Part shown: piece after piece, positions 10,597-20,700 of the stretch | How positions within the stretch are numbered: position 1 is the first letter of the stretch | Layout: each line of letters begins with the position of its first letter | Assembly (NCBI GenBank): GCA_963714975.1 | Contig: CAVQQD010000002.1 | Coordinates: forward strand, 1-64,000 | Direction of reading: 5' to 3' | Source of the DNA: an uncultured Gammaproteobacteria bacterium | GTDB taxonomy: Bacteria; Pseudomonadota; Gammaproteobacteria; JAURND01 | DNA: 64,000 nucleotides | Made by a program: the position numbers and the translations under genes | The notes under the pieces: generated by a model | What the model was told of the DNA's origin: nothing | The model's database searches: none | What the model saw: only the letters and a program-made list of their open reading frames with translations

Positions 10597-10926
10597 TTGA
10601 CTACATTGGATACTCAAAATTATCCTAGACACTACGGACAAATTTTTTTAATTATGAAATTTGCGCCAGATTATCCCAATGATTGGCAGGATTTACTAAA
10701 GAAGATTGAACCCAATGAGTTTTTAGCGGGGTATCATCTCGAACAGGTACATTTTTATTACGAAAATCGTGAGTGGAACTTCGATTTTGCCGCGTTGAAG
10801 AACTGCGATTTGAATAAGGAGTTGTCCGCATATTGCCGAAGTCGAGAGGGACTCGTCTTTTGCTCTTTGAACTCGAAAATATGCTTTTTACTCTTCCCAA
10901 AACCGCATCCCTTCCGGCCAGGATAA
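10597..10926 (+). pseudogene. Orphan partial copy of the kinase C-terminal module
   Basis: HYGQIFLIMKFAPDYPNDWQDLLKKIEPNEFLAGYHLEQV matches HYGQIFLNVKFAPVYHKDWYDLLVKIESNEFLVGYHLAQV of the upstream gene; no good start. Confidence 0.75.
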
Positions 10927-11325
10927 GCCCAGTTCGCTAACCCCATGATGGATACAGCCGCGCAGTGCCTGCTCCCAATCGTCACTGTAAGCAGGGTAAC
11001 CCACGTCGCGCATCAAATCACTACTGCAGGCGGCCAAACTGACCACGGCAGAAGCCAGAGCCTTAATTTGCTTGGGGTGTTGGTAAAACGGTTGATAGCG
11101 CCACCAGCGGTTGAGTAGAGTTTTAACTGGCCGTAGTAATTCTTGTTGGACTAATACTACGGTGCTACTCAAGCCCACCAGCGTATTTAAATCCCGAATA
11201 AAATCCTGTGCTGAAGCGGTTTCGACTTGTTCCGGGTGATTCATATAAAATCCCAAGGCTGCTGCGAAGAAATGGGTGAGGGCACGTAATTCACGCGAGG
11301 TCCAAGGCTTGTCGAGTCGTCTCAT
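10888..11325 (-). CDS. Hypothetical protein, last gene of the CDPS-kinase-receiver operon
   Basis: GGAGG RBS and ATG at 11325, 2 bp after the receiver stop codon; no recognised domain. Confidence 0.6.
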   Translation of the reverse strand: MRRLDKPWTSRELRALTHFFAAALGFYMNHPEQVETASAQDFIRDLNTLVGLSSTVVLVQQELLRPVKTLLNRWWRYQPFYQHPKQIKALASAVVSLAACSSDLMRDVGYPAYSDDWEQALRGCIHHGVSELGLSWPEGMRFWEE

Positions 11326-11327
11326 TT

Positions 11328-11723
11328 TTAACCCTCCAGGAAATAATGGGGGGCTGCGGCTGATAATACTAAATCGTCGATCATCTGCCGGCATAATTCT
11401 TTCGTCAGGGGCTTCAGTAAAAACCCCTTGACTCCTAACTCATAGGCTTGCACTTTTTGCTGCACATCTTCGTGGGTGGTGACGATGACTATCGGTGTCT
11501 TACTATTGGGCCCTTTGCTTTGCCGCAAGTGGCGCGCGATCGTAAGGCCATTTAAGTCTGGCAGATCCAAGGTTACCACCACTAACCGGTAAGCTTGATG
11601 CAGCTTTTCTAAAGCGGCTAGTCCCCCATTGACCACGTTGACGCAGCAATGCAAGCTTTCAAAAAATCGGCGGGTGGTGTAGGCAATCATCGGATCAGGT
11701 TCAATGAGTAATACATTTTTCAT
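11328..11723 (-). CDS. Single-domain response regulator with an atypical receiver
   Basis: REC fold motifs VLLIE, PIVIVT and LLKP; overlaps the kinase stop; Thr at the expected phospho-Asp position. Confidence 0.85.
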   Translation of the reverse strand: MKNVLLIEPDPMIAYTTRRFFESLHCCVNVVNGGLAALEKLHQAYRLVVVTLDLPDLNGLTIARHLRQSKGPNSKTPIVIVTTHEDVQQKVQAYELGVKGFLLKPLTKELCRQMIDDLVLSAAAPHYFLEG

Positions 11724-13117
11724 GGGTAAGTTTCCTGTGGTTGGAAGGGAATGAACAGAGTGAAGGTGCTGCCTTGATTAAGTGTGCTTGCTACCTGAAT
11801 TTCACCGCCTAATTCGGTTAAAAATTGTTTGACTAGGCTCAATCCCAGCCCCTTGCCTTCATACTGCGCTTGATAGGAAGGAGTGAGGCGATGAAAGGGT
11901 TCAAAGATTTTTTCGCGTTGCTCTGCAGGAATCCCGATGCCGCTGTCGCTTACGGTGAAGCGAATTAACCACTGGTGTTCACGTTCAGACTCAACCGCGG
12001 TTTGTAGGCGCACAAACCCTTTGGGCGTGAATTTGATCGCATTGGCGAGAACATGTAGCAAAATTTGCTGGGTGCGCAGCCGATCACCACGAACGCTGGT
12101 CGGCAAAGACTGGGTCACTTCCCAAGTAAAATGTAATTGCTTGGCTTGGGCGGCCGGCGCTAGCATCGCATAGGTGGTTTGCACCAGGGCCGGTAAATCA
12201 AAAGCCACTTGGCTCACCGGGGTGCCGGCTGTGGAGCGTACATAGTCTAAAATTTCATTGAGGTGAGTGAGTAAGGCCTCAGCTGAATCCATGATGCATT
12301 GCAGTCCCATTTTCCGTTCTGGATTTTCTTCATTTAACGCCAGGGTTTCGGTCATGGTCACCAGACCACAAAACGGCGTCCGTAAATCGTGGCTGATGTT
12401 GTGCAGAAAATCGTCTTTGGCTTGCAGGGCTTGCAACAACGCCTTTTCGGCTTCGATACGGGCGGTAATATCAATTGAAACGCCCGCCATTCCCACAATT
12501 TGACCGCGACGACGCAGTGGCACTTTGTGAGAAAGAAAAATCGCTGTGCGGCCATTCGGCAACACCGCCGGTTCTTCGACAATCTGCGCTTCGCCAGTGC
12601 GCATAATGGTTTGATTGAGCGCATCTAAAGTTTCAGGTAATTGCCCGGCATTGATATTCCAGGGCAAATCGCTATTACGTTTACCCACAATGTCTTCACG
12701 CGAAGCCAGGCCTGCGGATTCGGCTTGCTGATTATTACAGCCTAAATATCGCCCTTCACGATCGATCCAATATAAATGTTCTGGCATGATGGCTAATAAA
12801 TTATCGAGTAATTCGTATTGCTCCTGCAGCGAAGCAGGAGGCGGACGCTGTCGATATAAAATAATGCCTACAACCACCGCGCCACAGGTGAGCATACTGA
12901 GGGTATACCCCCACACCAATAGCTCATCCCTCTCCAAAAAACCGTGCCAAACAATGGTCGCTTGAATTAGCCAAAAGCCGACAAAGGTCAGCAAGGAAAC
13001 TTCCTGGGCAGTTTTTTCTTTGAGGATTTTGATAAATTGCGGAATAAACAGCAGGGCGTTGATAAAAAGCGCGCTGCTCAATAACAGATTAGAAAGGGTA
13101 GGGAAGTTGAGTAGCAT
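11720..13117 (-). CDS. Sensor histidine kinase: PQ-loop (SemiSWEET-like) 3-TM domain - PAS - HisKA - HATPase
   Basis: FIPQFIKILKEKTAQEVSL PQ-loop, YWIDREGRYLGCN PAS, SHDLRTP, NAIKFT, DSGIGI, GLGLS. Confidence 0.9.
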   Translation of the reverse strand: MLLNFPTLSNLLLSSALFINALLFIPQFIKILKEKTAQEVSLLTFVGFWLIQATIVWHGFLERDELLVWGYTLSMLTCGAVVVGIILYRQRPPPASLQEQYELLDNLLAIMPEHLYWIDREGRYLGCNNQQAESAGLASREDIVGKRNSDLPWNINAGQLPETLDALNQTIMRTGEAQIVEEPAVLPNGRTAIFLSHKVPLRRRGQIVGMAGVSIDITARIEAEKALLQALQAKDDFLHNISHDLRTPFCGLVTMTETLALNEENPERKMGLQCIMDSAEALLTHLNEILDYVRSTAGTPVSQVAFDLPALVQTTYAMLAPAAQAKQLHFTWEVTQSLPTSVRGDRLRTQQILLHVLANAIKFTPKGFVRLQTAVESEREHQWLIRFTVSDSGIGIPAEQREKIFEPFHRLTPSYQAQYEGKGLGLSLVKQFLTELGGEIQVASTLNQGSTFTLFIPFQPQETYP

Positions 13118-13130
13118 CGAAGTGACTCCT

Positions 13131-13883
13131 CTAAGTTAGCTTGGATTCAATGGGAGGTAAGGACATAAAGCGCTGTGGCTTGAATTGTTTGCGCTGCTTA
13201 AACTTAATCGCGATCGGGTGTAATAAATCGGGATAGCGTGGAAGTAAGAATTGTTGATGAGTATAGGTCATCGCCGCATTGCGTGGGCTGGGGTAGACCT
13301 CATAATGGCACTGCAATTCCGGCCATAAACACAGCGCGGTGCATTCTTCCAGGACATAATCTCGACATAATTCCTGGGCACGGACGTAGTTAAATTGCCT
13401 CAGCATTTCAGGAGATAAACGTGGGGTGTAGCGCTGTAAAAAAGCGCGGACGGTGCTATGTATAGCCTGTTGGTAAGCCGGGTATTGGCTCACTAAATAG
13501 TTGACGCGTCGAAAAGTGGCTGGATAACGCGGATGAGTTAACCAATAATCCCACCGGACTATTTTAAGCTGCGGTAACTGTTCATAAACAATTTGATTGC
13601 GCGCTAACCACGCTTCGCCTTCTTGCTGTGCACTGGTTAAAAAATCCTCCGCTTTGAGTTCAGGGTTTGGTAATGCCAGAGTATGGCGCTGTAAAGTATC
13701 ATCAATTAGCAAAGTGCAGCGTGCAAACTGTTGGCGTACTAAAGCTACGGTCGTCGCAAATGGCTCGCCTTCGTGCACTTCTTGACCGACGCTAATCGTC
13801 AGTAAACAATGTGCCTGATCAAACGGAATGGGCGCGTGAGTTGCGTCGTATTTGAAAACGGGTTTGATTTTATTCGGATTCAT
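13131..13883 (-). CDS. tRNA-dependent cyclodipeptide synthase-like protein (XYP type)
   Basis: About 250 aa with ISVGQEVHEG, DDTLQRH, YVLEE and EVYP motifs, matching the catalytic Ser, YxxxE and YP layout of XYP CDPSs. Confidence 0.75.
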   Translation of the reverse strand: MNPNKIKPVFKYDATHAPIPFDQAHCLLTISVGQEVHEGEPFATTVALVRQQFARCTLLIDDTLQRHTLALPNPELKAEDFLTSAQQEGEAWLARNQIVYEQLPQLKIVRWDYWLTHPRYPATFRRVNYLVSQYPAYQQAIHSTVRAFLQRYTPRLSPEMLRQFNYVRAQELCRDYVLEECTALCLWPELQCHYEVYPSPRNAAMTYTHQQFLLPRYPDLLHPIAIKFKQRKQFKPQRFMSLPPIESKLT

Positions 13884-13991
13884 CGGCGCGTTCCTGGGTT
13901 GATGCAAAAAAAAGCATCGAACCAGGGTAGGCAAGCAGAAGATTTTAGGATGGCGAGGCGATATAAATCACCCCGCCATACCGTTCCTCTC

Positions 13992-14216
13992 TTACTTGCC
14001 TACCCCTCTTTGCATCGATGTTGGCCACCAAAAAACCCGTACACTTGCACCCCAGGCCCATAACCCGCCGAAGACAGTCGAGGAAATTCCATGGGGTGAA
14101 AGTGGCTTCAGCCAGGCGCGAATAACCCCCCTGAATGAACTCGGGTGAAAAAATGTAGCCCACATCAAAAAAAGAGTTTTGCAGGAACCTGCAATGCAGT
14201 AAGCTAGACTTACCAT
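13992..14216 (-). CDS. Possible leader ORF upstream of the CDPS gene
   Basis: Strong AGGAGG RBS before ATG 14216; its stop lies inside an inverted repeat; no recognised homology. Confidence 0.35.
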   Translation of the reverse strand: MVSLAYCIAGSCKTLFLMWATFFHPSSFRGVIRAWLKPLSPHGISSTVFGGLWAWGASVRVFWWPTSMQRGVGK

Positions 14217-14541
14217 TTCGGCTAACCTCCTAACAAGGTTGGTTTGTTATGGGAGTGCCTCAAGAATGCGGTAAACATTCTTTTTGGCGCGGCCTCGGAG
14301 GCGCAAGCCCCCGAGGCTTTTCTATTATTCATTGACTTTGACTGAAATGCAAATTTTTCTTAAGGGCGGCTTATCTTAGGCTTTAACTTCAGTCAACTGA
14401 TCTATTCTGAGTGGCCTATCACATCTCTGCTTTCGATTTCCGCTTCTTTTATAAATCTTTTGCTACACTTGTTAATTTTTCCTTAAGCTAGTAGACTGTG
14501 CCCGTGGTTGGGTAGTATCGCAAGTGCGACAGACCAACCCA

Positions 14542-14709
14542 TTGTTATTCTGAGCGAACCGAAGGGCCTCCTAGTAAGCGTCGTCCTGGCGTGGATGTCA
14601 GGATTCACCCACAGGGATGTGAAAATTTCGCTTCCTACCTTGGATTATTGCTTCCTGCAGGGATTAGGAGGCCAGGGGGGGAGGTCTTTCGCTTCGCTTA
14701 GAATGACAA
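14542..14709. repeat. REP-like palindromic element with a long structured spacer
   Basis: Imperfect ~30-bp arms ttgttattctgagcgaaccgaagggcctcc / ggaggtctttcgcttcgcttagaatgacaa, related to the elements at 56337 and 62040. Confidence 0.7.
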
Positions 14710-14771
14710 ATTTGTTAGGAATTTATTGAGGAGGGAATTTAAAAACCCAAACGTGAAGTTATTGCAGTCCT

Positions 14772-17700
14772 ATGGCCCCTAATATTTTCACTTGTTTTAT
14801 CATTGGAGAGGATAATCTCCATTTGGAATGTGCCAAAATTATCCAACAACAAGGACAGCAAATAATAGGCATTATCTCTGCGTATGAAGCCGCAGAACTC
14901 TGGGCTTTGCAACAGGGAATTCCCCACTACGCCTCGCTAGCAGCCGCGCAAGAAGCACTTAACAAGACTCCCTTTGATTATTTATTTAGTATTGTTAATT
15001 CACAGATTTTGCCTGCGGCGATACTCAATCTGCCTCGGCAATTGGCGATTAATTTTCATGATGCGCCTTTACCGCGTTACGCGGGAGTTCACGCCACTTC
15101 TTGGGCGATCTTAAATCAAGAAAAGACCCATGGCATCACTTGGCATGTGGCCATTGAAACCGTCGATGCCGGTGATATTTTGCAGCAAGTGATGGTGCCG
15201 ATTACTGAAGATGAAACCGCGTTGAGTTTAAACCTCAAATGCTATGAAGGCGCACTGCAAAGCTTCCCTGAGTTAGTGAAATCCTTAGTGAATCATAGTT
15301 ATCAGCGCCAACCCCAAGATTTAAGTCAACGTACCTATTTTGGTTTTCATCAAAAACCTGCTGGTGATGGCTGGATTGATTGGAATGCCAGTGCTGAAGC
15401 TATTGAGCGATTATTTCGGGCTACTCAATTTGGCTCTTATCCTAATCGTTTTACTTGTCCGAAATTTAGACTGTCATCCCAGCAGCGCGAACCGTCATCC
15501 CAGCAGGGAAGCTGGGAAGAATTTATTGTCACTAAATTAGCATTATTACCCGAGCCATCGATTGCAGCTCCTGGAACAATCGTTGCTGCTACTGCGGATT
15601 ATTGGCGCATTGCAACTGCTAGTTATGACATCGCCATTCGGCAGATTTGTACCTTAGAAGGTGATGTAGTTACTCTGGAAGTCGGAGCAGAAATTCCCCC
15701 TTTGTCCTTCGAGACGCTTCGCTCCTCAGGACGAATGGGGGGCAGGGGGGATTTAAACAGCGGAGGAGGCGATGAAGCCCACTGGGTTTCCCAATGGCAA
15801 ACTATCGAGCCCGCCAAAATACCTTTCCTGAATTTTAATCACCGCGAAAATAAGTCCTCATTCCTTCTCCCCTTGTGGGAGAAGGTGGCCGAAGGCCGGA
15901 TAAGGGGAGAACCCTCAGAACCCATCCCTCGTCCGCCAGCCTACCCTGAGCCTGTCGAAGGGGCACTTTCTCCCACAAGGGGAGAAGGAATAATGCCGGA
16001 GATGTATGAGAGGGGGTACTATCACCTACAACAATGGACTCCCCCCGAACCTTTGCAAAAATTATTACAACACCATTTCCCCGCCCACGATTTCAACACC
16101 CTGCTATTAGCCCTCTGGCTGGTCTATCTCTATCGCCTCGGCAACCAACCCAAAGTAGGGGTGCTGCTGCAATTAGCTTATCATAATGCTTCACATCCGA
16201 GTGATCTGGATCCTGGCATCTATGCCAGGACGAGTTTAGAACTACCGTATTTCACTGCCTTACAAGACGGGTTACACTTCGGCCAAGTTGTGACCCAATT
16301 ACAAGCTGAGCTACTTGCTATGCAACAAAAAGGCGGTTATTTACGCGATATATTTTATCGTTACCCGAATTTAATCGAGGTCAAACACGCCGTGTTTACT
16401 GCTGTCGTGATTGGAGAAATCGATCAGCTACAAAAATCTCGTGCTGCTTTAGTGTTGATGATATCCGCCAAAGATGGCAGTGTATCTTGGCACGTCGATC
16501 AAAAATGCTTAGCGCAAGAACCCTATTTAAAAACCATCCTGCAACAAATGCCTGGTCATTTAGAAACCTTGCTAACCGCCATTACCATGCAACCTGAAAC
16601 TCCTATCGCTGATTTAGCGCTACTCACGCCACAAGAACAGCAGCAAATCTTAATCGATTGGAATCAAACTGAGACCGACTATCCACGCGACAAAACTATT
16701 CCACAATTATTCGAAGAACAAGTCAAAAAACACCCCAACAAAATCGCTGTGTGCTTTGAGAATCAATCCCTCAGCTATCGCGAACTCAATCAAAAGGCCA
16801 ATCAACTTGCGCATTACTTACGTCAGCAAGGGGTGGTAGCTGAAACTTTAGTCGCAATTTGCATGGAACGCAGTATCGAAATGATTGTTGGGATTTTGGG
16901 GATTTTAAAGTCGGGCGGTGCTTATGTACCGATTGATCCTGAGTATCCAAGAGCGAGAATAAAGTTTATTTTCGAGGATTGTCGAGCTATGTTTGTGATT
17001 ACTCAATTTCGTCTTGCTAAGAAAATACATACTATTACAGATGGCGCTGTTATCACGGTTGATAAAATTAAAAATATCAAAATTCATAACAAAGAATCTA
17101 TTAGCTTAAATTTTGACTCTTCTCAATTGGCTTATGTCATTTATACCTCAGGTACTACGGGGAAACCCAAAGGGGTTCTTATTAAACACCAGGGAGTAGT
17201 GAATACGGTCTTGGCAAAGCTACGAAAATTTGCCATTAATCACTCTGATAGAATCTTAAATTTTTCCACCCTTAGTTTTGATGCTTCTGTGTGGGAGATA
17301 TTTCCTTGTCTATTTGCAGGAGCAACCTTATATTTGGCCAGGAAAGAAAATTTGTTACCAGGCAGTAAACTTACGAATTTTTTAGAACAAAATAAAATTA
17401 CTATTGCTACTTTAGTGCCTTCTATACTAGCGATAACTCCACCACCTTCTACCTCCCATTTGCGGATAATTATTTCAGCGGGTGAATCATGCTCGAAGGC
17501 GGTAGTAAAGCAATGGGAAAACGTCCCTGTTTTTGTTAATGCTTATGGACCCACTGAATTTACAATTTGTGCTGCTATGGCAATCGTAGGTAAAGATGCA
17601 AAGAAAATAACTATTGGTAGACCGATCCCGAATACTAAAATTTTTATTTTAGATGATAACATGCAACCTTTACCAATGGGTATAACTGGAGAGTTGTACG

Positions 17701-20700
17701 TCACAGGACATGGTTTGGCAAAAGGATACTTAAATCGAGATGCACTGACCAAAAGTAAGTTTATACCTTGGGCTTTGGAGCATGGAACCAATGAGGTATC
17801 TCAAATAGTGTATAAAACGGGTGACTTGGCTCGTTGGTTGCCTGATGGTAACCTAGAATATATGGGCCGAGTGGATGAACAAATTAAAATTTTAGGCTGT
17901 CGGGCAGAGTTAGGTGAGCTGGAAGAAATAGCAGTAACGTATCCTAATATTTTACAAGCTGCGGCTTGCCTAGATACAACAGCCGAGAAAAACCAAATTA
18001 ACCTCTTTTTTATCAAGAAAAGTAACCGCAATGCAATTGATATTGCAAAGTTTAATCGCTTTCTAAAAAAACAGGTTCCTCGTTACACTGTTCCTTCAAA
18101 AATAATTGAAATTGCTCGATTTCCAAGAACTGTTAATGGAAAAATTGATAAAAATTTACTGCTCAAAAAACCATCTCTCATTAATGAACAAGCAGTTGAA
18201 GGACCTATGTCAGTCAAAGAAACATTACTCTTAAAAATTTTTCAAAAGCTACTCGGGATAGATTCACTTAATTTAGAGGACAACTTCTTTTTTTTGGGAG
18301 GTGATTCGATTCTGGCAATGCACCTGATTTCTAAAATTAATGCATTAGGCTTTCAATGTTCAGTGCGAGATGTATTTGAAGCACCCACCATAAAAAAATT
18401 GGTTAAAAAATTACATGAAAAAACCGCCATAAAACCAACTGAGCCATTAGCCAAAGATTTTACTTTAACACCAATTCAGCACTGGTTCTTTGAACAATCC
18501 TTCACTCATCCGCAGCAATTTGTTCAGACTTGTTGGTTAGAGTTTCAAAAAACTGTTGATGCAGAATTACTGCTTTGCTGTTTGCGAGAAATTATTGAAT
18601 GGCATGAAATTTTTCGACTTCGATTTAAAAAGGAGCAAGGAAATTGGCAGCAATATTATGCCGATAAGGTTAATGAATTATGTGCTAATTTTTCAGTCAT
18701 TGATGACCCTGCGCTTGTAGTTCAGAATTTTGCAAGTGAATGGGCGATGAATGTGGCCCAGGATTTTGATTTTGAGACGGGCTATCTACTCAAAGTGGCC
18801 TTAGTGCGCCAGCAAGGGCAAATTACCCATTTACTTTTGGTGGCGCATCATTTGATTATGGATGGAGTTTCTTGGCAAATTTTCTTGGATGAATTGCAAA
18901 GTTTATATGTAGGATCGAAAGAGGAGGAGAGTGCTAACTGGCAGAAATTTGCTAATAGTACTTCCTATCAGCAGTGGGTTTACGCATTAGATAACTACGT
19001 AGCTTCCAATTCATTTAAGCAAGAACAAGGCTATTGGCAAGGCATTGGTCCATTTACGCCCATTCCTATCGATCATCAACGCGGGATCAACACAGAATTT
19101 TTTGCCGACAGTGTTACTATAAAATTAACAGCAGGAAAAACTTATCAGTTATTGCGCACGCTAGCTAGAACGCATCACTTGAATGTTGAGGAAATTTTGA
19201 TTGCTTTATTGGTTAAGACCCTTATACATTGGTGCCAAACAGACTACATTACGTTGGATATAGAACGCCATGGCCGCGAAGAATTAACAAAAGCAATTAA
19301 TTTATCTGGCACTTTAGGTTGGTTTACTAGTGTGGTCTCCCTGCAGTTAAGCTGTAATATAGGTTTATCGCTGTTAGAGATAGTTCAGATGGTTCAGGAA
19401 CAATTAAAAACACTACCATACCATGGCATTGGTTATGGTTTGCGGCAGTATAGTGAAAAAAAATCTTTTAAGCAGCAAGCACAAATCGCTTTTAATTATT
19501 GGGGACAATTGGATCAAGCTTTTGCGCAAAATTTCTTCAGCTTGGGCGAGTTAAAATTGTTATCACACCCCGAGAATAAGCGTCCTTATTTAATCACTAT
19601 AGATGCTGTGATTAAAAATAAGCAGCTTGAACTCAGTTGGATTTATAGCCGTAACTACCATCGTCGTGAAACGATAGAAAAATTGACCCAATATTTTTTG
19701 GCTGATTTAAAAGATTTATTATCAGCTAAATTCTTAACGGAACATTTTCCCACCACGATATCCTCTTTTCCTGAAGTCAGTGCTCAAGCCCTCGAGCAAA
19801 TTGCTCAAACTTATGCTAAGTCGGAAATTAAAAATATTTATCCGCTTGCTCCTTTACAAAAAGGCTTATTATTTCACGCTCTAGAATCACCGACTTCGGA
19901 AGCTTATGCGGTGCAGCTGGTATGGAAAAGTGAAGCAAACAAGCTGCTGTCTATTGAGCGCTTACAGAAAGCGTTTGATTTTGTGGTCAATCGTCATGAT
20001 GCATTAAGAACCAGTTTTATTTGGGAACATATTGAGCAACCGCTGCAAATTGTGTGGGAAAAAGTACAGACTCCTTGGACTCATTATGATTGGTCTGCTG
20101 TTCATTTGGGAGAGGAGCAACAGCAGCGTTTGGAGGTGTTTTTACGAGCGGAGCGGCAATCCGGTTTTGACTTTCACAGCAGTGGTTTGCTACGTGGCAC
20201 GGTTTTCAACCTACCGGAGCATCGTCATTACATAGTGATTACACTGCACCATATTTTAATAGATGGTTGGTCTTTGCCTTTAATGTTGCAGGAAGTGTCG
20301 CACCATTACGAGGCTTTAGAACAGTTAAACTTCATCCCTGCAAAACAATATGGGGATTATATTCAGTGGTTACAGCAGCAAGATTCCGCAAAAGCTAAAG
20401 TCTTTTGGACTGAGTATTTACGGGGTTTTTCCAGTCCTACGGTTTTAGAACCCTTGATGAAATCTCATGGCCCGAAAGCTGGTAGTGTAGTAGACATCCA
20501 GGAACATCGCTGGAACTTGGAAGAAGTGTTGATGTGGCAGATAACCCGTTTCGTACAAGAAAATCATCTGACCCTCAGCGTGTTTTTCCAAGGAATTTGG
20601 GGGTTGTTACTACAGCACTACAGCCAAAGTGATGATGTGGTGTTTGGTGTCACCGTCACGACTCGTGATCCTACTATGACACAGGCAGAGCAAATCGTGG

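Noticed and set aside
10139-10750. Kinase C-terminus and orphan copy as a DGR variable/template repeat pair
   Set aside because: Differences are not adenine-specific, many are synonymous, and no reverse transcriptase is present in the window.
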